Below, one piece after another: positions 9,292 through 17,267 of a DNA stretch of 35,587 nucleotides (position 1 is the first letter of the stretch; every line of letters starts with the position of its first letter). This DNA comes from Patescibacteria group bacterium (GTDB lineage Bacteria; Patescibacteriota; UBA1384; 2-12-FULL-50-11; DASWYB01). The DNA is taken from contig JBGPML010000003.1 in assembly GCA_041486955.1 (NCBI GenBank), forward strand, positions 1 to 35,587. Direction: 5' to 3'. The position numbers and the translations under genes were made by a program. The notes under the pieces were generated by a model. It made no database searches, was not told the origin of the DNA, and saw nothing but the letters and a program-made list of their open reading frames with translations.

Positions 9292-11551
9292 GGTAGTGTT
9301 CCTTTAGAAAATTTTCGAGACTCGAATGGATTGATTGAACTTCTTCACCCGTGAGGGTCTTATCAGGCGATTGGTAGAAAACGTGAAAGGCCAAAGAATA
9401 ATTATCATCACCAAGTTTAGTATCAGTATAGGTGTCGAATAGCTCAACGGCAATAATAAAGGGATGGAATTGAGTCATAACCTGGGTGATATCATCGATT
9501 GAATGAGTTTTTTCAACAACAATGGCAATATCGCGTCGGCTTGACTGGTGTTTAGCTACTGGTGAGTAATGGATAGCATCCAAATCAGTTGCCATCACTT
9601 GAGGTGATTCAAATTGCTTCAAACTCAAAATCTCTTCCGCAGGTAGTTCTAAGACGGTAACGTTAAGTTTTCGTATTTTATAATCATTTCGGACCTCGTC
9701 CGGTAAGCTAATAATCCGAGTCATCCATGAAGCAACGGGTAAACGCAGTCGTTCAAAAATGTTTTTCCACCAATTATCAATATCGGCGAGATTGTTCCCA
9801 CTGGCGGAAATACAAAGCGTTTCTACCTCTCGGTCTGGGTGGTAGACTTTGGCCATTTCGAACAAATAAATTTGTGGAATTTCTGGATTAGTTGAAATTG
9901 TCAGTAGGGTTCCCGGTATGAGGGTTGGTCGCATGAGCGGTTTTTCTGCAAGAGCGGGTACAACTAATTCCATTGGCTCGGGGACAAGATTTAAATGAGC
10001 GAGCTCAGTTTCTTTAATAAATGGATAGGTGCTTATTTCATTTGCCCCAAGGTTCACCAGTGTATCTTTTACCGCTTCTTCGCGCCAGAATTTTGATCGT
10101 TTCCATTGCGGGACGCTGGCTGATAAGGGGGTCATATTTAAATTATTCAAACCGACTAACCGGGCGAGTTCTTCGTAATAATCTTCAACCAACGATAAAT
10201 CAAAGCGCCATGTCGGTGGCATGACCTCAATCTCTATCTCATTGATATTAATCTCGCAGCCGAGAGCGGTCAGGATGGTCGAGATCCGCTCCTCAGTTAA
10301 TTGCGTTCCAATAAATGTGCTGGCTGATTCGGCGGTAAACGATGTTTTGACGGGGGTCGGAGAATGATTGATTTTTTCAATTGGTTCGTAAGCTTTGCCC
10401 TTGGTGGTCTTTTGCCATAGTGCCAGAGCGTGAGCTAGGGCCTGAAGTCGTAAATTTGGATCAACTCCTCGACTAAAACGCTGGGCGCTATCAGTCAGTA
10501 TTCCCAATCCACGAACAGTTTTAGCAATCTGACGAGAATTAAAGTTGGCACTTTCAAAAACGATATTCCGGGCAGTATCGCCAACTTTTGTTGCATCTCC
10601 TCCCAAGACACCAGCAAGAGCCACGGGGCTGTCGTTATTCACTATGACTAAGCTCTGAGGCGTAAGATTATACGTCATCCCATTTAAACCAGTGAATGTT
10701 TCACCATCGTGAGCGCGTCTGACTCCAAAGACTGGATTGCTACTCAGCAATTCCTGATTATACGCGTGGAGTGGTTGTCCGTACTCAAGCAAGACGTAGT
10801 TGGTAATGTCAGTCGCAAGATTAATTGAACGAGCACCTAAAAGAGTTAATCGACTCTGCATCAATAAAGGTGTGTGATACCTTTCTGCTTCAGTTGAAGC
10901 TCCAGCCAGACTAAAAGAGTTGACGTCGGAATGAATTGAATCGATCCGAACTATTTCTTCTGTTTTACCGGTATATTCTGGGGTGAGAAAGTTGGGTTGG
11001 AGTGTTATCGATTCAGTTTTAGCCGCAATATCGCGAGCTAAACCAAAATGGGATAAGACGTCACCTCGATTGGGAGTGATTTCGAGAGAAATAACTGCGT
11101 CAGGTTCAATATAAGATTTGATCGAATGACCGACTTCGGCAGAGTCAGGGAGTGGCAAAAGTGTAGCATGATTATGAGAGAGTCCAAGTTCATCAGCCGC
11201 GCAGAGCATCCCACTTGATTCAACGCCACGGATTTTGGCTTTTTGGATTTTCATTCCAGACGGGAGGGTTGTACCGATTGCCGCATAGGCAACTTTTTGT
11301 CCAACTTTAAGGTCGGGAGCACCGCATACCACTTCTCTTTCTCCCGAGGTAGTTTTAACGGTCACTAAAGAAAGCGTGTCGGCGTTGGGATGATTCCCTA
11401 CGGCAGAAATCTCAGCCACGCTAATACCTTCATAGTTAGCTGGAACAATACCTTCACTGTCATGGCCAATATCAGCCAATATCGACTCTATTGAGTCGAG
11501 GGAAGGAATATTCGGATAAAACTCTTTGAGCCAAGAATAAAGATATTTCAT
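9275..11551 (-). CDS. pheT: Phenylalanine--tRNA ligase beta subunit
   Basis: HPNADTL..VVCGAP, IRGVESSGMLC, EITPNRGDVLSH, B5 PPTWRFDL, C-terminal FDX-ACB domain. Confidence 0.97.
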   Translation of the reverse strand: MKYLYSWLKEFYPNIPSLDSIESILADIGHDSEGIVPANYEGISVAEISAVGNHPNADTLSLVTVKTTSGEREVVCGAPDLKVGQKVAYAAIGTTLPSGMKIQKAKIRGVESSGMLCAADELGLSHNHATLLPLPDSAEVGHSIKSYIEPDAVISLEITPNRGDVLSHFGLARDIAAKTESITLQPNFLTPEYTGKTEEIVRIDSIHSDVNSFSLAGASTEAERYHTPLLMQSRLTLLGARSINLATDITNYVLLEYGQPLHAYNQELLSSNPVFGVRRAHDGETFTGLNGMTYNLTPQSLVIVNNDSPVALAGVLGGDATKVGDTARNIVFESANFNSRQIAKTVRGLGILTDSAQRFSRGVDPNLRLQALAHALALWQKTTKGKAYEPIEKINHSPTPVKTSFTAESASTFIGTQLTEERISTILTALGCEININEIEIEVMPPTWRFDLSLVEDYYEELARLVGLNNLNMTPLSASVPQWKRSKFWREEAVKDTLVNLGANEISTYPFIKETELAHLNLVPEPMELVVPALAEKPLMRPTLIPGTLLTISTNPEIPQIYLFEMAKVYHPDREVETLCISASGNNLADIDNWWKNIFERLRLPVASWMTRIISLPDEVRNDYKIRKLNVTVLELPAEEILSLKQFESPQVMATDLDAIHYSPVAKHQSSRRDIAIVVEKTHSIDDITQVMTQFHPFIIAVELFDTYTDTKLGDDNYSLAFHVFYQSPDKTLTGEEVQSIHSSLENFLKEHYHATIR

Positions 11552-12240
11552 ACCGGGGCCTTAAATTGTCTGAGGAAACTGAGTTTGTTCATATGTAATT
11601 GACGGACATCCTCTACTCCCCATTTGAACATGGCAATTCGATCAATGCCAATCCCAAACGCAAAACCGGAATATTTAGAGGGATCAATTTGCATATTTTT
11701 GAGAACTTCTGGATGGACCATACCGGCGCCGAGAAGCTCGATCCATTTTCCATTATGCCAAATATCTACTTCAACACTTGGCTCGGTAAATGGAAAGTTA
11801 TGTGGTCGAAAACGGTATTTCACATCCGTTCCAAATAAACGAATAATGAATGTTTCGAGCGTCGAAAGCAGGTTAGCTAGGGTAATTCCCTCATCAATAG
11901 CCAAACAATCAAGTTGGGTAAATATAACGTCATGGGTGATGTCTGTCGCGTCATTACGATAGCAAGGTCCAAAGTGCATGACTCGAATAGGAGGGCGTTT
12001 CTGCTCGGTAGCATGGAGTTGCATATTTGTGGTTTGTGTCCGCAGCAATCGACCATCTTTGAGCCAAAATGAATCCTGACCAAGACGTGCCGGATGATCT
12101 TCCGGCATACGGAGTGAGTCGAAATTGTACCAGGCAGTATCAACTTCAGGAGCATCAACAATATCAAACCCCATGTCGCCGAACGCAGATACGGCCACGC
12201 GCAGAACATGAGTAATAGGGTGGAGGGTGCCTTGTGACAT
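11548..12240 (-). CDS. pheS: Phenylalanine--tRNA ligase alpha subunit (catalytic core only)
   Basis: GTLHPIT, NFDSL..HPAR..QDSF, LLRTQT, FPFTEPS, GAGMVHP, GFAFGIGIDR. Confidence 0.97.
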   Translation of the reverse strand: MSQGTLHPITHVLRVAVSAFGDMGFDIVDAPEVDTAWYNFDSLRMPEDHPARLGQDSFWLKDGRLLRTQTTNMQLHATEQKRPPIRVMHFGPCYRNDATDITHDVIFTQLDCLAIDEGITLANLLSTLETFIIRLFGTDVKYRFRPHNFPFTEPSVEVDIWHNGKWIELLGAGMVHPEVLKNMQIDPSKYSGFAFGIGIDRIAMFKWGVEDVRQLHMNKLSFLRQFKAPV

Positions 12241-12242
12241 AA

Positions 12243-12626
12243 TTACCGCCTTAATTTACCTGTGTTATGGCGAGTCGCTGATTCAAACAGAACGGCCACC
12301 AGAACGACAAGAATTGCATCCCAAATAGTAACCACACGAATGAGTTGAAGAAAAAGCAGCATAGCAATGGTGCTTGAGATGAGAAATCCCTGACGAATTG
12401 AAGGTTGAATATGAGCAAATATGATTTCTCGATTATCTCGTCTTACTCGGTTGGAGTAGATGGTATAGGCAATCAAACTCCCCAGCCAAACAATAAGTGA
12501 AATAAAAAAAGTCGTTATCATTAAGATATCATTTTTATTTGGTTGTACCTGGGTAATTACATAGAGCCAGACAACAAAACTGGAAGCAATGACTGAAACA
12601 ACTCCAAATCGCTGACTATGGGTCAT
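12243..12626 (-). CDS. Hypothetical 4-TM membrane protein
   Basis: Four hydrophobic segments and an SIRQG motif; overlaps the rbfA stop (ATGA). Confidence 0.8.
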   Translation of the reverse strand: MTHSQRFGVVSVIASSFVVWLYVITQVQPNKNDILMITTFFISLIVWLGSLIAYTIYSNRVRRDNREIIFAHIQPSIRQGFLISSTIAMLLFLQLIRVVTIWDAILVVLVAVLFESATRHNTGKLRR

Positions 12627-12946
12627 GATTTGTCCTTCTGTTGGTCTAAGAGCGATTCAAGTTTGGTAACTCTGCCATCATCTTTAAGAAATTGTAATTT
12701 TGGGACGATTTTACGGGCGAATTTTTTGAGGAAGGCATGTTGAATTTCTCGATGATGCTCGCCATTTAATTTTGTCACAATATCGTCCGGCGCATCCACC
12801 CAAATTCGGCATTCATGACCATCGTTAGAAAGTAAAACATCAGTCACGACAACGGCATGAAATAGTTCATGATCAATTTGACTCAGTTCAGTCGAGACAA
12901 TTCGCTTAATATGGGAAAGTATTTGTTGTTGGCGAGTGATGTTCAC
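12623..12946 (-). CDS. rbfA: Ribosome-binding factor A (divergent)
   Basis: R..IKRIVS..VVTDVLLSNDGHECRIWV..RKIVPKLQFLKD matches the RbfA KH-fold pattern; GTG start. Confidence 0.8.
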   Translation of the reverse strand: MNITRQQQILSHIKRIVSTELSQIDHELFHAVVVTDVLLSNDGHECRIWVDAPDDIVTKLNGEHHREIQHAFLKKFARKIVPKLQFLKDDGRVTKLESLLDQQKDKS

Positions 12947-13003
12947 CTGTTAATCATACCAAAAGGTATGATATGGCTCAAGATGGTATGGTATGCTGAA
13001 ATT
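12947..13003. promoter_or_regulatory. Compact divergent promoter region with an 8-bp inverted repeat
   Basis: atcatacc-aaaa-ggtatgat; minus strand TTGAGC-17-TATGAT-6-GTG(rbfA); plus strand TGG-TATGCT-6-GTG(13004). Confidence 0.6.
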
Positions 13004-14074
13004 GTGAACAGAGAATTCCTGCGCTTTTCAGTAACGCTATTTATTGTGATATTGGTAAGCCTTAGTTTAGCTTTGGCCTATGATCGTCAGGTTAATTCGT
13101 TTATCAGTGCCGTCAATCTTGATGCCAAAGACCAGCTGATTGCCTCAAACCAAAATACGATCGACTATTATGAAAAACAGAATAAATCAGTTCAAGCTGA
13201 GCTTGAAGCCCGAAATAAAGAACTCGATGCGAAGAAAACAGAATTAGATAAAACGAATAGCGATCTGACAGCAAAAATAAAAGAGCTGAACTCTGCTAAG
13301 TCACAGCTTTCTTCGACCGCCTCGGAATTAAGTAAGCTTCGTGAGCGCCCACCGCTATTTGTCTTTAAAGTTGATAGCAACCTGACCAATGTTGATCAAA
13401 AAAAAGAAGATGTTAAAAATTTGGTTACCGCAGCCTATGACGAAATAGTATCTATTTATAGTAAGCCATACCTGCTTCATTCAGTCACAATTAACTTCGT
13501 TAACTCATTTTCCAATCCTAATGCCTCAGCAGAAATTGTGATTGAGAATGGCAGTGACGGCTTACAACTCACGATAAAGATTAAGGATTTTGATCGGAAC
13601 AGTTTTGATGACAATAACTCCATCATTCATGAAATTATCCACTCGTTTCATGGATTAGCGGCCTTAGAAACGGTTGCTGACGAAGAAGGCATTACTGTGG
13701 CAGCAACGGACGCGGTCATGTCGCGGTTAATCAGCCAGGGGAAAATTCCCTCATTCAATCCTCTCTACATCAGAATTTCTTCTAGTGATTATGCCAGTAG
13801 TTCACTCACCGTACCGCGCGATACAACGAGCTTTTATACTTCGAGTGATACTGGGAAATACTATCAGCTCGTCGGGTATGGGTGGTATCAATTATATAAA
13901 GCCGATCCTAATTTCTTTAAGATATTTAATGAAAAAATGTACGCGTCCAAACGGCAAGGTCAGGATATGACAGAATCATTAGTTCGGCAAAATATAGTCG
14001 CCTCAGTTTCCGGTCAAATTTCTGGAAAGTCAGTCAATGACTGGTTGCAAACTAAAGCCTTCGTCTTTCGGTAG
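13004..14074 (+). CDS. Membrane-anchored or exported coiled-coil protein with a HExxH zinc-metallopeptidase domain
   Basis: N-terminal hydrophobic helix, heptad coiled coil, IIHEIIHSFH plus downstream EEG; start reassigned to GTG 13004 to avoid overlap with rbfA. Confidence 0.8.
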   Translation: MNREFLRFSVTLFIVILVSLSLALAYDRQVNSFISAVNLDAKDQLIASNQNTIDYYEKQNKSVQAELEARNKELDAKKTELDKTNSDLTAKIKELNSAKSQLSSTASELSKLRERPPLFVFKVDSNLTNVDQKKEDVKNLVTAAYDEIVSIYSKPYLLHSVTINFVNSFSNPNASAEIVIENGSDGLQLTIKIKDFDRNSFDDNNSIIHEIIHSFHGLAALETVADEEGITVAATDAVMSRLISQGKIPSFNPLYIRISSSDYASSSLTVPRDTTSFYTSSDTGKYYQLVGYGWYQLYKADPNFFKIFNEKMYASKRQGQDMTESLVRQNIVASVSGQISGKSVNDWLQTKAFVFR

Positions 14075-14193
14075 TCGTCACGAATATCGTCTCTTTCTGT
14101 GTCATAATTTCCGTTTTTCGCTCAACGTACGGTTATGTACGTTTCACTCAATACTCAATTATTTCTTGAAATAGCCTGATTTTCGTGCCAACT
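14073..14193. repeat. Palindromic intergenic element, subfamily A, copy A2
   Basis: ctctttctg..ttccgtt..tc-aacgtac-ggttat-gtacgtt-tca..tactcaa..cttgaaatagc aligns with A1; arms cacgaatatc / gattttcgtg. Confidence 0.85.
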
Positions 14194-14209
14194 TTATCTT
14201 TTACTCTAC

Positions 14210-14241
14210 AAAAATAGCCGAATGTTGTGAACCATTCGGCT
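14210..14241 (-). terminator. Intrinsic terminator
   Basis: Minus strand agccgaatg-gttcacaa-cattcggct-atttttg. Confidence 0.8.
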
Positions 14242-14573
14242 TCCGCTAGCTGGAATCTATAGGTTGTAGGAAACAGTGTCCAACCCGCTTCACAGCAGGT
14301 ATCTGAACCAATAGACATTTTTGTCACCTGGAGATAGGGTGAGGTTGTACCACGCAGCCGCGAACGAATTCAACGACCCAAATGATACGACTCCGGGAAC
14401 TACCTTCATGAGCGGCAGTTCCGTATTATGTACCGTTTGGTTATAGCGGGCAGTTCAACATACATTATACTAAACGAGGACGTACAACCTCATCTGGCAT
14501 TTTACATCTGCACATTATGAACCAAACTTTCCACGCAATAATTCGGTCAGAAAAAAGTCCCTCCTTATTGCTA
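14242..14573 (-). ncRNA. Candidate structured RNA or micro-ORF transcription unit (unclassified)
   Basis: Bracketed by a promoter and a terminator; no long ORF; GNRA hairpin, G-U containing stems and an 11-bp long-range inverted repeat. Confidence 0.45.
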
Positions 14574-14579
14574 CTTATA

Positions 14580-14609
14580 AGTATAACCATGAGGAATAGT
14601 ACTTGTCAA
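14580..14609 (-). promoter_or_regulatory. Sigma70 promoter
   Basis: TTGACA(14609-14604)-18 nt-TATACT(14585-14580), followed by AAGGAGG (14566-14560). Confidence 0.7.
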
Positions 14610-14627
14610 ATAATCACCAAACATGTG

Positions 14628-14662
14628 AAAAAGCCCGCTCACAGTTTTCTGGGAGTCGGGCT
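14628..14662 (-). terminator. Intrinsic terminator of the 14704-15039 gene
   Basis: Minus strand agcccgactc..gagcgggc followed by ttttt. Confidence 0.75.
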
Positions 14663-14703
14663 ATGAAGGTCACTACTGGTCTGATTAATTGCTTGCCGGT
14701 CTT

Positions 14704-15039
14704 TTAACAGCTTGGGAGTAGGTTTAAAGCTTGGGCGGTGAGGCCCCGATCTCCTTTGATAAGCTCAAGGAGCGGATCGAGGCGGTAATCATCTTTGAGG
14801 TCAGGCTGGACGATGAAAGCCTTCGCCCAGAACGCGATGACGGTTATCTCACCACGGAGTGTGGCGATGAGGAGCGGGCAAATATCGGGGTCCAATGACG
14901 TGATTAGTTCGACTAGATCTTGCACTTTCTGGCCGATTTCATCCACGTCATTTGGCGTTGCTTCTATCGCTTCCAGCCTAGTTCCCTCTTGTTCGAGAAG
15001 TCGGACCAATAGATTCACCCCCTTCCTGATCCGAATCAA
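14704..15039 (-). CDS. Hypothetical protein (orphan, start uncertain)
   Basis: 111-aa ORF with helical composition, flanked by two terminators; the frame stays open upstream of the TTG. Confidence 0.55.
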   Translation of the reverse strand: MIRIRKGVNLLVRLLEQEGTRLEAIEATPNDVDEIGQKVQDLVELITSLDPDICPLLIATLRGEITVIAFWAKAFIVQPDLKDDYRLDPLLELIKGDRGLTAQALNLLPSC

Positions 15040-15111
15040 GTCTCGATTATTGTATTCTTCTCCCGTTACAGAGTCAATATATAGAATATATAAAAGCCTA
15101 TAGTGAGGGCT

Positions 15112-15136
15112 AAAACAAAAAACCGCTTACGCGGTT
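15112..15136 (-). terminator. Terminator of the ribosomal superoperon (after rpsI)
   Basis: Minus strand aaccgc-gtaa-gcggtt-ttttgtttt. Confidence 0.85.
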
Positions 15137-15161
15137 CTTCGTACTTATATTGTGTAAAATT

Positions 15162-15545
15162 TTAACGTTTCGACCACTGAGGCGCTTTACGAGCTCGTTT
15201 CAGTCCTGGTTTTTTTCGTTCTTTTACTCGAGGATCCCGAGTGACTAAGCCGGCTTTACGTAAGGTTGATTTAAAGCCATTATCTAATTCAATAAGAGCT
15301 CGGGCAATGCCCAATATAATCGCATCGTCTCGGCTGGAATAACCTCCGCCACGAACAACAATTGAAACATCGGTATTCTCATTACGACCAACGAGCTGTA
15401 ATGGTCGAAGCCAAGCCGCTTTCGGGGCAGTTTTCTCGCTGTTATAGGAAAACTGACCAGTTCCTGGCATGATACGGACTTGAGCTACGGCTGATTTACG
15501 GCGTCCAACGCCTGGGTGATATTGAGTGTCTAAGGCTTTAGCCAT
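15162..15545 (-). CDS. rpsI: 30S ribosomal protein S9
   Basis: GRRKSAVAQV, TRDPRVKERKKPGLKRARKAPQWSKR. Confidence 0.98.
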   Translation of the reverse strand: MAKALDTQYHPGVGRRKSAVAQVRIMPGTGQFSYNSEKTAPKAAWLRPLQLVGRNENTDVSIVVRGGGYSSRDDAIILGIARALIELDNGFKSTLRKAGLVTRDPRVKERKKPGLKRARKAPQWSKR

Positions 15546-15548
15546 ATA

Positions 15549-15944
15549 TTAATCCTCGTCTCGAATTTCTAATTGAGCTAGCCAATGTTTGCGCAAACGG
15601 TTGTCTGGTAACATACCAGAAATAGCGTGACGAAGCACGTCGCTTGGTTTGCGCTCCATCCGATTACGTAATGTTTCGTGTTTCAGATTACCAATATAAC
15701 CAGTATGCGAATAATAAATTTTATTATCCATCTTGTTACCGGTTACAACCACTTCTTTGGCATGGGTAATGACAACTGGCCGGCCGGAAAGCAAATGTTT
15801 AGTAAAATAGACTGAATCTTTCCCGCGCAAAATATCGGCGGCTTGCGTTGCAATGCGGCCCAAAACCTGCCCTCGAGCTGACAAAACTACCGGTGTCATA
15901 TCGGTAACTTGATTATTTTTCAGGGTTGAAATAACTTGTTTCAT
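15549..15944 (-). CDS. rplM: 50S ribosomal protein L13
   Basis: GQVLGRIAT..LRGK, YYSHTGYIGNLK, GMLPDNRL. Confidence 0.97.
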   Translation of the reverse strand: MKQVISTLKNNQVTDMTPVVLSARGQVLGRIATQAADILRGKDSVYFTKHLLSGRPVVITHAKEVVVTGNKMDNKIYYSHTGYIGNLKHETLRNRMERKPSDVLRHAISGMLPDNRLRKHWLAQLEIRDED

Positions 15945-15947
15945 AGA

Positions 15948-16358
15948 CTACTTCTTCGCTGGAGCTTCTTTTTTCGTATCTGACGCTGAAGGTTGAGGCG
16001 TTTGTAATAGAACAGTATCGGTTAATTGGATCATTGACTGAGATGCGCCATCGCCTAATCGAGGCATAACCCGGATACGTTTCGTGAAACCAGATGACCG
16101 GTCTTTATATCGGATTGTAAGTTCGTCAAGAATCTTTTTTACTGCGTTCTTGTCAGGGATAAATCCACTGAGTCGGCGCTTGGCCCGTAATTGATCGCTC
16201 TCTTTACCAATCGAAATTAAACGCTCAATAATTGGTTGAACAGCGCGCGCTTTGGCTTCGGTCGTGATGACGGACTCGTAGAGAATAACCGAGGTAGCCA
16301 AGTTACGAAACAAAAGCTGTCGTTGATCGCGATCGCGTTTAAATTTCGATTGCACCAT
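15948..16358 (-). CDS. rplQ: 50S ribosomal protein L17
   Basis: LFRNLATSVI, ITTEAKAR, RSSGFT, RLGDGA. Confidence 0.97.
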   Translation of the reverse strand: MVQSKFKRDRDQRQLLFRNLATSVILYESVITTEAKARAVQPIIERLISIGKESDQLRAKRRLSGFIPDKNAVKKILDELTIRYKDRSSGFTKRIRVMPRLGDGASQSMIQLTDTVLLQTPQPSASDTKKEAPAKK

Positions 16359-16360
16359 GA

Positions 16361-17194
16361 TTAGACTTCCTCGGTCGTCACAACTTTACTCTTGCGACTG
16401 GCCCGTTTTTTTTGAGTAGGAACATCCTCTAACCCTTCGGCGGCTTCAGATGGAGTAGTTTCGACAGCGATTGCTGCTTCTTCCGTGTCCGTAGGTAACT
16501 CTCGATGAATACCGGCAATAATTGAGAAATGTTCAACAGCTATTTTGCTGGCTGTTTCGAGTACGGATTGCGGTGAGAGGGAACCGTCAGTTGTAATTGT
16601 CATAATCAATCGATCATAGTTAGTTAAGTTTCCGACGCGAGTATTTTCAATATCGTAGTTGACACGAGTGACTGGTGAATAAATGCTGTCAATTGCAATA
16701 GTTCCAAGCGGTAGCTTTTCATCACGACGTGATTCAGTGCTGCTATAACCGCGGCCTTTCTTAACTTCTACTTCTAAGCTCAGTGTAGCGCCTTTGTCTA
16801 ATGTGGCAATAACGTGATCAGGATTAATGAATTCTACGGCTGAATTAGCTTTAAAGTCAGACACTTTAACACTGCCAGGACCTTTTTTTTGAAGAATCAG
16901 GCTCGCTGGTTCATTACCATGAAGGCGTAACCGGACCTGTTTTAGATTCAAGATTATAGTAACAACATCCTCGCGCACGCCAGGAACAGTGGTAAATTCA
17001 TGGGTTGCACCATCGATGCGAACGGATGTAATGGCTGCCCCTTCGATAGAGTTAATGAGGATACGTCGTAATGTATTTCCGACAGTAATACCAAAGCCAG
17101 GCGATAGCGGCTCAATTTCAAAAGTCGCGCGATTGCTTTCTTGTGCGGTTTCTTTAACAGTTAGTAATTCAGTATCAGGTAAGATGTAGGTCAT
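16361..17194 (-). CDS. rpoA: RNA polymerase alpha subunit (no canonical alpha-CTD visible)
   Basis: IEPLSPGFGITVGNTLRRIL, HEFTTVPGVREDV, KGRGY, IDSIYSPV. Confidence 0.98.
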   Translation of the reverse strand: MTYILPDTELLTVKETAQESNRATFEIEPLSPGFGITVGNTLRRILINSIEGAAITSVRIDGATHEFTTVPGVREDVVTIILNLKQVRLRLHGNEPASLILQKKGPGSVKVSDFKANSAVEFINPDHVIATLDKGATLSLEVEVKKGRGYSSTESRRDEKLPLGTIAIDSIYSPVTRVNYDIENTRVGNLTNYDRLIMTITTDGSLSPQSVLETASKIAVEHFSIIAGIHRELPTDTEEAAIAVETTPSEAAEGLEDVPTQKKRASRKSKVVTTEEV

Positions 17195-17267
17195 TTATTT
17201 CTCCTATCTTCCGGTTCTTCGCACGAGCTCAGACCTTAGAGTCGCACTTCTGCCGGATGATGTATGT

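Noticed and set aside
12869-13003. Longer start for the HExxH protein
   Set aside because: It would overlap divergent rbfA; the GTG at 13004 fits a -10 box and gives a normal signal-anchor N-terminus.
14210-14555. RNase P, tmRNA or 6S identity for the 360-nt unit (ctgacc..gtggaaagt and acaacattcggcta resemble RNase P ends; NSFAAA resembles a tmRNA tag)
   Set aside because: P1, P2 and P4 pairings do not close, the internal RNase P conserved regions are absent, there is no tRNA-like GGGG..CCA domain, and it is too long for 6S. An Rfam scan would be decisive.
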